Assembly (NCBI RefSeq): GCF_023055435.1
Contig: NW_025964361.1
Span: forward strand, 30,938,001-31,002,000
Origin: Haliotis rufescens
Taxonomy: Eukaryota
Direction of reading: 5' to 3'
DNA length: 64,000 nucleotides
A program made the translations under genes and the position numbers. Shown here piece after piece: positions 26,401 to 38,792 of the stretch. The stretch's first letter is position 1. Each line of letters opens with the position of its first letter. The notes under the pieces were generated by a model that did no database searches, had not been told where the DNA came from, and saw only the letters and a program-made list of their open reading frames with translations.

Positions 26401-27092
26401 TCGGGGTAGATTGTTGTGGCGTGTAAGATCGGGGTAGATTGTTGTGGCGTGTAAGATCGGTGTAGATTGTTGTGGCGTGTAAGATCGGTGTAGATTGTTG
26501 TGGCGTGTAAGATCGGTGTAGATTGCTGTGGCGTGTAAGATCGGTGTAGATTGTTGTGGCGTGTAAGATCGGTGTAGATTGTTGTGGCGTGTAAGATCGG
26601 TGTAGATTGTTGTGGCGTGTAAGATCGGTGTAGATTGTTGTGGCGTGTAAGATCGGTGTAGATTGTTGTGGCGTGTAAGATCGGTGTAGATTGTTGTGGC
26701 GTGTAAGATCGGTGTAGATTGTTGTGGCGTGTAAGATCGGTGTAGATTGTTGTGGCGTGTAAGATCGGTGTAGATTGTTGTGGCGTGTAAGATCGGGGTA
26801 GATTGTTGTGGCGTGTAAGATCGGTGTAGATTGTTATGGCGTGTAAGATCGGTGTAGATTGTTATGGCGTGTAAGATCGGTGTAGATTGTTGTGGCGTGT
26901 AAGATCGGTGTAGATTGTCGTGGTGTGTAAGATCGGTGTAGATTGTTGTGGCGTGTAAGATCGGTGTAGATTGTTGTGGCGTGTAAGATCGGTGTAGATT
27001 GTTGTGGCGTGTAAGATCGGTGTAGATTGTTGTGGCGTGTAAGATCGGTGTAGATTGTTGTGGCGTGTAAGATCGGTGTAGATTGCTGTGGC
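23441..27092. repeat. 28-bp satellite, about 130 copies (AGATTGTTGTGGCGTGTAAGATCGGTGT)
   Basis: Direct reading; homogeneous, with recurring variants GGGGT/GGTGT and TTGCT/TTGTT. Confidence 0.98.
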
Positions 27093-27496
27093 AGCTCAAG
27101 TTGTAGTGTCTTACAGTGATGGGTGTCCCTCATTGTTGTAGTCTCTCAGTTTACTACTGTATTTTTGTAGTGTGTCATTAGATTGTAGTGTGTCACACTT
27201 ATTTATTGCCCAAGATTACTGTAGTGTCTCTGAATGCTGTATGTCATGATGTTGATGTGTCCCGGTGTTTTAATATGTCAGATCGCCTTGTGTCTCAGAA
27301 TATTTGGCTGATATACCCCTGCTACAAGTTTACTTAACACAAGGTGAGCTACACTATGTGTCTTGTTTTTGACATTTGAAATTTTTGATATCACAAAGGT
27401 AACCAATGCATATAGCGAGGTCTGCCGTGTTACTGTCACTTGGAAAGGACGTTGGGAAGCTGAACTGTTATCAGTCTGTGTGTAACAAGGACCTCT

Positions 27497-27688
27497 TTCT
27501 TCAAGACGATCCTATCTCTACAGCCAATTGAATCTATGTGAAGTTAACTATGGTGATGACATTCCTCACGCTGAGATGTAAAAAGGTCCTCATTCTTCAA
27601 GACGATCCTATCTCTCCAGCCACTTGAGTCTATGTAAAGTTAACTATGGTATTGACATTCCCCATGCTGAGATATAAAAAGGGCCTGC
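27497..27688. repeat. Tandem duplication of about 96 bp
   Basis: TTCTTCAAGACGATCCTATCTCT...GCTGAGAT.TAAAAAGG occurs twice. Confidence 0.8.
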
Positions 27689-27904
27689 GTTCTGAAAGTG
27701 ACATTAGCGTTACGAATTGCTTTTACTTGAATAGTTTAATTAACTTTAACCATACAGTCATGGTACTAAGGCCGCCTACAATGTCTACAAAAAAATTATT
27801 ACTTATCAGGATGTACAGATAAGATGTTTCTATGATCTTACCTCTATGGATGTTAAACTGCGGCATTGTATCTCAGTAAACTAGCACTATAAATCGGTAT
27901 CAGT

Positions 27905-28050
27905 NNNNNNNNNNNNNNNNNNNNNNNNNNNNNNNNNNNNNNNNNNNNNNNNNNNNNNNNNNNNNNNNNNNNNNNNNNNNNNNNNNNNNNNNNNNNNNNN
28001 NNNNNNNNNNNNNNNNNNNNNNNNNNNNNNNNNNNNNNNNNNNNNNNNNN
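27905..28050. other. Assembly gap
   Basis: N run; the left edge is a family D SINE fragment. Confidence 0.99.
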
Positions 28051-29747
28051 CACGAGACCGTGTTCTTGAAATGAAGTACACTGACGGTCTACTTCCACAT
28101 TCCCGGGGAAACCCCTGGGAATTCCCTATCACGAAAACATGCATAAGCGTTCTTTCTGATCATTTAGAACATTTATTCTTGGTCTTAGCGTTTCAGTATA
28201 TATTGAGAAATGTCAGAGAGCGTGACTGCATGATTGTTCGCAAGCTCCGACGTTCATACAGATTGGCCCTCACTCTATGAAGGTTCATACTCCAATGAAC
28301 TCACTCAAAGTGAAGGTCAATTCTTTTCAAATGCTTTTCATACTTTGCATCCAACAACCAATCAGTTACTCAGTTGCAATATACACACCTGACATAGTTT
28401 GTCATAGTTGGGTATAAAAGATTTACTCATATTTTTCTACCCCTTGTAAAATGTGTCCCATAATTTATACAAAAAATAGTGCTTTGAGTCATCACAGGTG
28501 TTCACTCATTGATCCATCATTTCTTACATAATTCTGATACTCATGCTTTTAAAATAGTAGTAAAATACTGGGATTTGTCCCAACAAACAACAAATTATAC
28601 TGGCTACCCCATAATGTGTATGACACACAAATGGATTTAAACGTTAGTTGTATCTTCTTGTTGTAGCAACAGATGTTATGTTGACAAGTTATTTCTCATA
28701 CCACCAATGCTATAGCTATATATCCTGATTTTCATTCAACAGTACCCCGAGACAACTGTAATATGAAGTCTATTAGATATAATAGATAAGTTTAGAATCA
28801 AATATTTGTATCATGACATAAATATACATTTAACCCCACAATCATTCCATGTGGTTATGTCTAAACTACTAAACTGTCATGCATGTATAATCTAGTACTA
28901 GTACACATGCACAAGTAAAATAAATTTATACCACTGTGCAAAGCAGATATATATTAATGTCAAGAGGAAATAGAAAAACAATATTTATTTGTTGGTGTGG
29001 TAATTGGAAATATGAGTGTAGAATGCTAAAACATTAAAGCAAGATCAACTGATATTAAAAATGAGCTTTATCTATTACAATCATCTCATCACGTCAAAGC
29101 AATCTTTAGAGATTGAAAATTAGTATATATCGTTCTTAAGTTATAAGATGAAGAATTGTAAATGGTATAAGTACCCATGAATATACATATTAAAACTAAT
29201 ATACAGACTGTTCTGTGTCTGAAAAAATAGATTTTTTTTATATTTTAAATTTAAACAGCCACCATTCATCCAAAAAAAATTATGTGAGGCATTCGTGAGC
29301 GAGACCAATTACCCAGTCATGCCTGATTAGCATCAGGAGTATTTTCAGGAACCTGAACATTGAGCTTTGATACATGGATTGTTTTGAAATTTATAAATAG
29401 GTAGCTCATTTGCATAGTTAAGTACCTGGCTTATCACTGATCACATTGCCCAACCCTCAACATATAGGGAAAGACACTTCATGTGTCATGTTTGCTTGCC
29501 CAGTTACAGGGAAATTGGAGCAAAAATTATTCTGTCACGTCGACCACTGATCTACATATTCATAAGTATTGTTAACTACTAACTACTTCAGATATGTCCT
29601 CATCATATTCTCTGACTTTCAAAACACAGGTATAGACACTTTATTTGTCATTTTTGCTTGCCTTGTTACAGTTATTGCAGAAAATGGTTCACAAAAGATA
29701 GAAAAAATAGCAATTTGGCGGCAATTTTGTTTCCGCCCCCATGACGA

Positions 29748-30118
29748 GTGTAAATTGGCACGGCTCCCATGGCCGAAAGCTATGAACACACAATGGCATT
29801 TAGAATGTGGTCAAATGTAGTAAATTTTATATTTGGGAGAACGCTTTCTTAGTAAAGTACAGATTCTAGTAATTTTGGGGGTTGAGTTCCATCTGGGATT
29901 CATAGCTTTCGGCCATGAGAGCCGTGCCAATTTACACCTCTCAGAGGGGTACACAGAGTACGTGATTTAGACTACCAGTTGTCGGACTTTCATTTTGCGG
30001 AAGCCTCGGTGGCTGAGTAGGTTAGATCGCTGAGTTCGAAGCCCGGATGGGACTCAACCAAAAAAAGTGCTAGAATCTGTACTTTACTTAGAAAGTGTTA
30101 TCCCAAATATAACATTTG
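29748..30118. repeat. Two interleaved inverted-repeat pairs
   Basis: 29748-29786 pairs with 29899-29937; 29822-29893 pairs with 30045-30118. Confidence 0.8.
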
Positions 30119-30862
30119 TTAAATTTACAATACAATGCAGACATCCCGAACTGCCATAGTTTTCTTTGAGTTTCAGGGAGTCCAGATTAAATCGCTCACT
30201 TGTTGGTTCATGCGAAGAGTTTTGTCTGGTAAACTCTCTTCCTATTCGACTTTTATTGGAAAACAACCTTTTTTCATGTTGAAAGTCGTGAACAGATCGA
30301 TTAATATATCTGCCTTACACCATTTACATACTTAATTTACACACCTTAGTTAATTTTCATATGAACGCATAGTACATTTACATATGCACACGTATGTATA
30401 GAGCACACGTGCGTGTGAACGGGGTATTGGACGTTTACAACTTTGGTGAAACCAACCGGTATGGCGACAGGCCTAGAAACCAAGGCAAATCTATGATTGA
30501 TATTGATGTTTTTGGCGATTCTGGAAAGGGAATCGTCGCGCCTTACCCGACTGGACCACACGTGCCGCATTGTAGACATAAAATGTGCATGCTTTTGCAT
30601 ACATTAATTAGCTTGTATTGTCACAGTTTTACCTCTGTGGCAGCATTCTCCCTTCTTAACCTTTACAAGCGTCTTTTATTTTTTTATTTTTAATTGTTTA
30701 AAAGAAGCGCCTCCCACTTTGTTAAGCAGTCACCATTTGACACCACTCTAGGTGATACATGAAATATGACAGGAACACGACTTCAGTCTTCCCTAAAACA
30801 ACCCCGGAGATTGTGCGAAAAACACTTCAAGAAGAAGGCAAATAGACCTTACATTATCTTTT

Positions 30863-31822
30863 CAAGCACCCCCTTCAAGGGAATCAAGCACCCCCTTTTA
30901 AGAAATCTAGCACCCCTTCAAAGGAATCAAGGACCACCTTCAAATGAATCAAGCACCCCCTTCAAAGGAATCAAGTACCCACTTCAAAGGAATCAAGCAC
31001 CAACTTCAAAGGAATCTAGTACCCACTTCAAAGGAATCAAGCAACCCCTTCAAAGGAATCAAGTACCCCTTCAAAGGAATCAGGCACCCCCTTCAAAGGA
31101 ATCAGGCACCCCCTTCAAAGGAATCAAGTACCCCCTTCAAAGGAATCAAGCACCAACTTCAAAGGAATCAGGCACCCCCTTCAAAGGAATCAAGCACCAC
31201 CTGAAAAGGAATCAAGCAGCCCCTTCAAAGGAATAAAGCACCCACTTCAAAGGAATCAAGCACCCATGCAAAGGAATCAAGCACCCACTGCAAAAAGGAA
31301 TCAAGCGACTCCTTCAAAGGAATCAAGCACCCCTTTCAAAGGAGTCAAGCACCCCCTTCAAAGGAATCAACCACCCCTTCAAGAAATCAAGCACCCATGC
31401 AAAGGAATCAAGCACCAACTTCAAAGGAATCTAGTACCCACTTCAAAGGAATCAAGCACCCCTTCAAAGGAATCAAGCACCCCTTCAAAGGAATCAAGCA
31501 CCCACTTCAAAGGAATCAAGCACCCATGCAAAGGAATCAAGCGCCCACTTCAAAGGAATCAAGCGACCCCTTCAAAGGAAGCAAGACACCCCTGAAAAGG
31601 AATCAAGAACCCCCTGAAAAGGAATCAAGCGCCCCCTGAAAAGGAATCAAGAACCCCCTTCAAAGGAATCAAGCACCACCTTCAAAGGAATCAAGCACCA
31701 CCTTCAAAGGAATCAAGAACCCCCTTCAAAGAATCAAGAACCCCTTTCAAAGGAATTCATCACCCCCTTCAAAGACATCAAACACCCCCTTCAAAGGAAT
31801 CAAGCACCACCTTCAAAGGAAC
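30863..31822. repeat. Minisatellite of about 22 bp (AAGCACCCCCTTCAAAGGAATC), about 43 copies
   Basis: Direct reading. Confidence 0.95.
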
Positions 31823-32390
31823 TCAACTCAGCTCCAGGTCAGAGGATAAACACGGGAAAATGTGTTAGCCTTGACAGAGTAGTTATGAAGGAGGTATCAC
31901 AGATATGGTGCCCCAACACTGGTTTCAAATACATTTGCGCCATCAGATAAATGGAAGGAAACATTAAGTATTGAACGCGTTCAAATAGTCTTTAGATGTG
32001 CCATTTGAGCACAAGCAGAACGGCTTGTTAAGCCGACAACTTTATGCATAAACACATGATGGAAAGACAAATATGCGATTGAACCCGTTAAGCATTTATT
32101 GTTTTCGTGTTGAGTCATGATGGACTATTCACATCAACTTATATAATTTAACAGTGATAATATTATTTACCATGTCCTTTCTAAGCATTCGCGAAGGCTA
32201 TGCATATTAGGAATGATCGATCAAACGTCCAGAGCAACCGATCCAATCAGTATCAGTTACTTAATGTGCATTGTAAGACACATATTAAAAGGGGCAACAC
32301 GCACATTTATATTAAAAAAGGATTATTTCTAGGGACACAATAACTTTCTTCCAATGTACTCTTGGGGTTTCCAATGTTCCGACTGGGATG

Positions 32391-32882
32391 TTATTTCCCA
32401 ACTATTTCTGGGGGAATGAGCTCCAACTCACACAGGAAAAACTCGTTGACATGACATCCATTGTCGTCCCACCGGTAGTCGCCCTTCTTGTACCACATCA
32501 GACACCACTGGCTGCCGTGGTCGTTATTTGGGTCTCCAGGAGCCCAGAAGGTTCTGGCGATTCGGGTGTTTTGACATCCCCACTGCCACTCTCTCTCCGT
32601 CAGGTACGTCAAACCACCGATCCAGACACCATTGGTCGTTATAGTAGAATCTTCTCTTTTGAGATAACCTTCCACAAAGGTTTGTTCGGAATCCGTCTCC
32701 ACGTAGGCCAGGTGGGAGCCTATAGCCTGACAGTACACGGCCGCCTCCGCCCACGAGGCCTGGACACGGATGAGGCTGTAGCAGGAGTCGTTGTGGTGCA
32801 GGAAGCCGCTCGGACAGGACTGACACCAAACCACATCTATGACCACCACCAAGATGAGGATCACGCCATACAGCTTGTGCAT
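32391..32882 (-). CDS. Secreted C-type lectin (perlucin-like), intronless; DPN/WDD motifs
   Basis: 163-aa ORF with signal peptide and full lectin domain; ends IVGK. Confidence 0.93.
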   Translation of the reverse strand: MHKLYGVILILVVVIDVVWCQSCPSGFLHHNDSCYSLIRVQASWAEAAVYCQAIGSHLAYVETDSEQTFVEGYLKREDSTITTNGVWIGGLTYLTEREWQWGCQNTRIARTFWAPGDPNNDHGSQWCLMWYKKGDYRWDDNGCHVNEFFLCELELIPPEIVGK

Positions 32883-33164
32883 GATTGTGTAACATAAATT
32901 GTGTGTAACGTTGCTTGAAATTGTTTTAGCTGTCCCTGCCGTCGACCTTATCTGATTAGGTTATTTTTGAGTGGACAGTATGGCGACAAAGACTCATTGA
33001 ACATTGCGCCGACATTTCTGGTATTCTACATTGACCGAGTATTTCCACGTCACCTCTTGATTATATCTTACCTTTCCGAACGCAGTAACAACACTCTCCA
33101 CACGACCCTATATTGTCAGTGACAAGTTATCATTTTGTTATTTGGGTTGTCTGGACATGAGAGA

Positions 33165-33400
33165 GTGTGAGTGAGTTAACAGTATTCCAGTTATGTCACG
33201 GCGTGGCATTTTAATGTGGGAGGAAAGCCCGAAGTGATGCAGGTCTCAAACGTTTACTATATCGGTGAAACCCACGAGCACGGGTATGGTGCCGACAAAC
33301 CTGGAAATAATCGGGGCGAACCTGGATTCGAACCCCACAATCATAGGTTTCTAGCGTACCCAAGGGACGCAACTCTACACAGCGAACCGCGGCGCCTTAT
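33165..33400 (-). mobile_element. SINE family C
   Basis: Aligns with 40008-40294. Confidence 0.85.
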
Positions 33401-33486
33401 GGTATATAGAATCGATCATAGGACTCTGCTTTAAGTAGAGATTTCTAATGATTATGGAAATAGTTTTGTCGCTTTTATTCATATGA

Positions 33487-33727
33487 TTTGTTTGTTTGCT
33501 GTTTAACGCGGCACTGAGCAATATTCCACCTATATGAAGCCGGTCTGTATATCATCGAGTCTCGACCAGACAATCCAGTGATTCATGTCATGATCATCGA
33601 CCCATGCAATTAGGATACGATGACATGCATCAACCAAGTCAGCGAGCCTGACCACCCGATCCTTTTTGTCGCCTCTCACTACAAGAATGGTTTGCTAAGC
33701 ACTATTCTAACCCCGATCTTCACGGGT
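33487..33727 (-). mobile_element. SINE family B
   Basis: Ends ...GATCTTCACGGG on the plus strand. Confidence 0.85.
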
Positions 33728-33944
33728 GATATACTAGTATTTATAAGAGGTCAGAAAAGAAGTCATATATATTAATAAAGAGGTTTTTTTTCTCCAAAAC
33801 TATGCTTACTGTTAAAAAGATGTTAGACATGATTTATATATGTATTTACCATGAAGACGTGTTTCTGCAGTTCAAAGTATTAGAAGACTTTTTGCAAGGC
33901 AAGTTTGACTTCTTGATTTGTTATATTAATATACAATATTGAAG

Positions 33945-34180
33945 GGAGGTGTTGTTGAATTGTTATATTATACCACATAGTTGGTAGATATTGTTGAGTT
34001 GCTCTAATATACCACATGGCAGGTAGATATTGTTGATTTGCTATAGTATACCATACATTAGGAGGTATTGTTGATTTGTTATAACATATACCATGTAGTA
34101 GGTGGGTATTGTTTATTTCTTATAATATACCATACTATACTAGGTAGATAGTGTTATAATACAGCATATAGTAGGTAGGT
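33945..34180. repeat. Loose tandem repeat of about 38 bp, about 6 copies
   Basis: Recurring ATATACCA.ATAGTAGGTAGATATTGTTGATTTG. Confidence 0.65.
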
Positions 34181-34485
34181 ACGTATATAGACACAGACAT
34201 ATATATCATCACATATTGAGTGACCTGTTTATCACTACTTAGTACGTTAAAAAACAAACAAATACATACAAATCTTACGACAAGAACACGTGTTTGTGAG
34301 ATGGTTCATCAGCTTCAATTATCTCTGACATGCAGTGTGTTAATGTCATATTTCCTGTATACTTTAAAAAACCCTTTAAATCCAATCCAATTTTAAAAGA
34401 ATGAACTTCAGGGGAATTAAAAACCAGTTTGTTGTCCTTATCAAACTTTCAACAGGCAATTCCTTATTAAGAGACACACTGTGAA

Positions 34486-34621
34486 GAGTGAGTCAGTGAG
34501 TATAGTTTTACGCCGCTTTTAGTAATATTCCAGCAATATCACGGCGGGGGATACCAGAAATAGGCTTCACATATTGTATCCATGTGGGAAATCGAACCCG
34601 GGTCTTCGGCGTGACGAGCGA
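34486..34621 (-). mobile_element. SINE family A, 5'-truncated
   Basis: Matches the family A consensus. Confidence 0.88.
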
Positions 34622-34719
34622 CTGGTTTTACACATTATTAATCATAAGTTCGTCAAATCATAGTTATTTGAAGGTGTTAAATAGTTTTACTTTTTCTTTG
34701 ACTAACGAAGAAGCTGACC

Positions 34720-35214
34720 TCACTTCCCAACTACTATCCCAGGCGAGGTAGCTTGTGCCAGCTCACACATGAAATATTGCTTGGTGAAACAGCCCACATC
34801 GTCCCACAGAAACGACGTAGCCTTGTACATCATGATACAGAACTGATCATGATGGGTATTGTCCGGCATCCCTGGTGCCCAATGGGTGGGTGCGATGATA
34901 TCACCTTGAAACCCCCACAGCCAGTCGTTCTGGGTCAGGTACGATAAGCCTCCGATCCAGACACCATCAGTCGTTATAGTAGATTCTTCTCTTTTGAGAT
35001 GACCTTCCAGGAATGTTTGTTCGGAATCCGTCTCCACGTAGGCCAGGTGGGAGCCTATAGCCTGACAGTACACGGCCGCCTCCGCCCACGAGGCTTGGAC
35101 ACGGATGAAGCTGTAGCAGGAGTCGTCGTGGTGCAGGAAGCCGCTGGGACAGTCACAGGACACAACGTTCATGACTGCCAGGAGGACAATAATACTCACT
35201 GATGGGTTGAACAT
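34720..35214 (-). CDS. Secreted C-type lectin (perlucin-like), intronless; MPD/WDD motifs
   Basis: MFNPSVSIIVLLAVMNVVSCDCPSGF...; full lectin domain; ends IVVGK. Confidence 0.93.
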   Translation of the reverse strand: MFNPSVSIIVLLAVMNVVSCDCPSGFLHHDDSCYSFIRVQASWAEAAVYCQAIGSHLAYVETDSEQTFLEGHLKREESTITTDGVWIGGLSYLTQNDWLWGFQGDIIAPTHWAPGMPDNTHHDQFCIMMYKATSFLWDDVGCFTKQYFMCELAQATSPGIVVGK

Positions 35215-35529
35215 TGTCGACAACTTGTAGAAAAAATAACCTTGAGAACAACTTTTCTTCGTGTTTGAACGTCGTGAGGTTTGGACCGTTAATGACCTTT
35301 ATCTTTTCGGATCTCGAAATCTTGATGTATTGAACACAAAATAAATATTGTCACGTGGTGTTGCGTAAACTGCTCCCTGTCAACGTTGGAGACAGAGTAG
35401 GTTTTCATTCCATAGGGCACGATAAGCAACAAGGAGGTTATAAGTAATCAGAATGACCTACCAGTAAGTGAACACCAAACCATCAGGGTCGTACGGCTGT
35501 TCGGGGAAGCTTGGTGGCCCGGTTGTATA

Positions 35530-36116
35530 AAGCCAGGTTCACACAGTGCCGATTATGGCTCCCGTTTAAGGTCAGACAGAGCTACGACACGGAAAGGGAA
35601 AAGTCGGATTACTATCCTCAATGATCTGGAATGTCCTATCATTTTTCTGAACGCAGTCGTATACGTTTGTAACAGAGTCCTACGGATCGGGGAAGGTCCA
35701 GAGAGGTCGGCCATCCCGACAGTATGGTGCGTACGGGGAACTCAGCCGATTTTGTCTAGTCGGATTACACTCTTGACTATGTCGTGACCGACTCTGCTGT
35801 ATCGGATCAAAATCGTAACAATGTCCCATGTTGTCTGGACGGTGTCCTGTGGACCAGGAAGCTGTCGTAATGAACGGGCATGGATTGTTCATTGCCCTTT
35901 CTTGTTGATTGAGTTCAGATTGCGTCCAGATCTTACCGAATGCGAAACCGTCTTTGTAGGTTCACTGTCCGGTCACTGTCTGATCTCTGTCGGGTCGCAT
36001 TCGGGAGAATCGAGACGCTGTCGGGACAGATTCGGTCGTTTTTTACCATGCGGAAGATACGAATCTGATCAGAATCGGATTAAGAACGGGAGAATCGGGA
36101 CGAATGCGACTGGAAA
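35530..36116. mobile_element. Possible Harbinger-like non-autonomous element
   Basis: GC-rich island dense in TCGG/ACGA words, with weakly inverted ends (GCCAGGTTCACAC..GTGCCGATT / AATCGGGAC..TGCGACTGG). Confidence 0.35.
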
Positions 36117-36224
36117 CAATAGCTGATTGCTTGTGAATTTCCCGCCACGAGTGATCAAACTTTGGAAAATTTAATCAGGAATGGTCCTATCAAGGACGGC
36201 AGTAAAAATCCTCAATGTTCGACT

Positions 36225-36415
36225 GAGCCATAAGGCGCCACAATTTGTTGTGAAGACTTTCGTTCATTGGGCACAAAAGAAACCTATGATTGTGAGTTCG
36301 AATCCGATTCGCACCGATTATGTTTCTAGGTTTGTCAGCACCGTACTCGTGCTCGTGGGTTTCACCGAAGTGCTAAACGCCTAAGATCGGCATATTTCGG
36401 GCTTTCTCCCTACAT
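36225..36415 (+). mobile_element. SINE family C, degenerate, 3'-truncated
   Basis: Aligns with 40008-40294. Confidence 0.75.
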
Positions 36416-36757
36416 TCCTCACACGAATTCAAGAAAACGTTATGATCGTGGATGATTATCGCATGTGTTTTCCGATACAATTCCCTATTTTGACTTTTAC
36501 CATATGTTCTCTTGTTTTCCCAGCGGAACAGTGGACCGTGCTGTTGCTCAATGTTCGCAATATTTTAAAGACTTACCTTTGCATATGTTTGTCATTCATA
36601 AGCACATGCTCGTGATATAGGCATACTCGTTCAATCGACTCCTATTCCTTGTGAATAAGGAAATGGGAGAATTTATAGATGTCACCTTTGTTTTATAATT
36701 ATGAACACAACGTTTCGGGGTATAATTATGATAACTCCTTCATTCAATAAGGACTAA

Positions 36758-36911
36758 GTGAGTGAGTTAGTCAGGTTTTACGCCGCTTTTAGCAATATTC
36801 CGGCGGGGGACTCCAGAAATGGGCTTCACACAATGTACCCATGTCGGGAATCGACCCCGGGTCTTCGGCGTGACGAGCGACGTTTTAACCACTAGGCTAC
36901 CCGACCGCCCC
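36758..36911 (-). mobile_element. SINE family A
   Basis: TSD GGACTAAG. Confidence 0.9.
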
Positions 36912-37094
36912 TCACGGAGGACTAAGCATATTCTCCGAAACGTTGTGAAGCAAATGGAACGTGACATAACGGTATGGAACGAAACGTTGTGTTTCTTACA
37001 CATAAAGAAGTTGACAGCCATACATTCTCTCTCTTATGTGTATTGCTTCTAAATACCAATCAAAGAGACTTCATATAGAAAGGGTTTATGTCTT

Positions 37095-37890
37095 TTATGT
37101 TCTAATTCGTTTAATGCGAATGAACACAGAATATGTACCATGCACGCATCTCAAGGGTAATGCCTGCCACATTTTAGGGAAAGTAGCAGAAGGAGCACAG
37201 TGAAAACCTTTGTCTTTGGACTTGTAAAGGGCAGCACGACGGCTGAAGAGTGTCTTCTGGAAGCGACATTCTTCCTCTGACAATGTCGTCTCGCTCTAAT
37301 TCCGCGACTACGGCTCAACCAGATATGGATCTGTCAGCTACTCTGATATGCTTGGTTCGCTTGTTGATATCTGAAGCAAGACTCTCAAGGGAATCTGAAC
37401 TTTCAGAATACTTATGATGTCTGAATTTATATTGCAACTGATTTTCTTTGAATCTAAGGAACGGTATCTCAGAATCTTTGGGAGTTCCTTTTAAGGCAGA
37501 AAGCGATCTTTGTTCTGATTCCTCAATACAATCACGTTTAAATATGTTTAGTTTGCAATCCATATATTCATTAAACAATTGAAAAGTTTCGTAACCTTCA
37601 ACAGTATCCCTTGGTCTGTCAGGCTGAATTTCCTCGGAAGCTTCGAGGTGGGATGACGGTGAAGTTATCTGTTGAACATTAGAACAAGATTGAAAGTATG
37701 CTCGAAAATCTGCTCGAAAACCTCGAATAGCTCAACACAATCAGTGTAAACACGTGACTTTGTGACACCACTTTCACGCGCAATATACCCAGCTGCGGCA
37801 GGCAGCCTCATGCCGTATTTAACCCATAATAAATACATTTTATAATAAAGAAGTTGTCTAGCATATATTCTCTCTCAGGCCACTTTATAG
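37095..37890 (-). pseudogene. Decayed DIRS/Ngaro-like (tyrosine-recombinase retrotransposon) ORF1 relic
   Basis: LRFKENQLQYKF...INKRTKHIRVADRSISG*AVVAELE resembles the invertebrate DIRS-type ORF1 motif (KRNKLIRIADxSxxGWxxVxEY), from recall. Confidence 0.45.
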
Positions 37891-38221
37891 TATAGTCGGG
37901 GGGTCAAAACCCCAAGCAATGATCAGTTTTAAAAATACCAAAGCAAACCTCCATGATCAAGTAAGCAACGGTAACAGTACGTATAGACATAATCGCCCTA
38001 TCTACTTTACCGGCCTCGACATTGATCTCTACCAGCTATACTATTTCTCTTTTTAAATGAAAAATATTAATGTGTTTGTCGAAAGGAAATTATACTGTCC
38101 TAATTTTAATTGTATTTCATATTTGTGAACATTGGGTTCCAAAGATCCATAAACAGAAAAAAAATATGAACAAAATGAGCAACACTTTAATATATTTGAC
38201 AATATGTTGGAACATTAAGTG

Positions 38222-38471
38222 TGTTTGTTTGTTCTTTTACGCCGCACTCAGCAATATTCCAACTATATGACGACGGTCTGGAAATAATTGAGCCTGGACA
38301 AGACAATCTAGCTAGTGATTGACATCATGAACATTGATCAAATTGGGATACGATGATAAGTCAGCTAACCTGACAACTCGATCCCGTTAGTCGCCTCTTA
38401 TGACAAGCATAGTCGCCTCTTTCGACAAGCATGGGTTGCTGAAGACCAATTCTAACCCGGACCTTCACCGG
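38222..38471 (-). mobile_element. SINE family B, duplicated-hairpin subfamily
   Basis: TSD TGGAACATT. Confidence 0.88.
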
Positions 38472-38792
38472 TCTGGAACATTGGGGAGCTATGTGTATGT
38501 TTGTTAAGGCTGGTAGTTAACTGGTTGTAGAAGTTGTTTCCTTGGATGCTATGTACTGAGGCCATAATATCATTTCCATACGGCTGGGTTTATTGCTTTT
38601 TGCAAATGCCTTCCTGGAAAGTATCTCAGTTGTGGATTATGATGCAGTTAAGAAGAATCCTAATGTGTGAAGGTTCATGGTGTATAAATACTTCGTAATT
38701 TTTAATATTTGATATTTTTGTAAATGATGGTTTTGTAAATACGTTTTTTTGTGTTGTAGCTGTTTGATGTACCTCTCACAAATGTATGTTTT

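Noticed and set aside
23439-27133. 863-aa and 545-aa repetitive ORFs
   Set aside because: Artefact of a 28-bp satellite whose consensus unit has no stop codon in any minus-strand frame; no signal peptide or unique domain.
30766-31639. Repetitive ORFs, and a possible CRISPR-like array
   Set aside because: Head-to-tail 22-bp minisatellite with no unique spacers, in a eukaryotic context.
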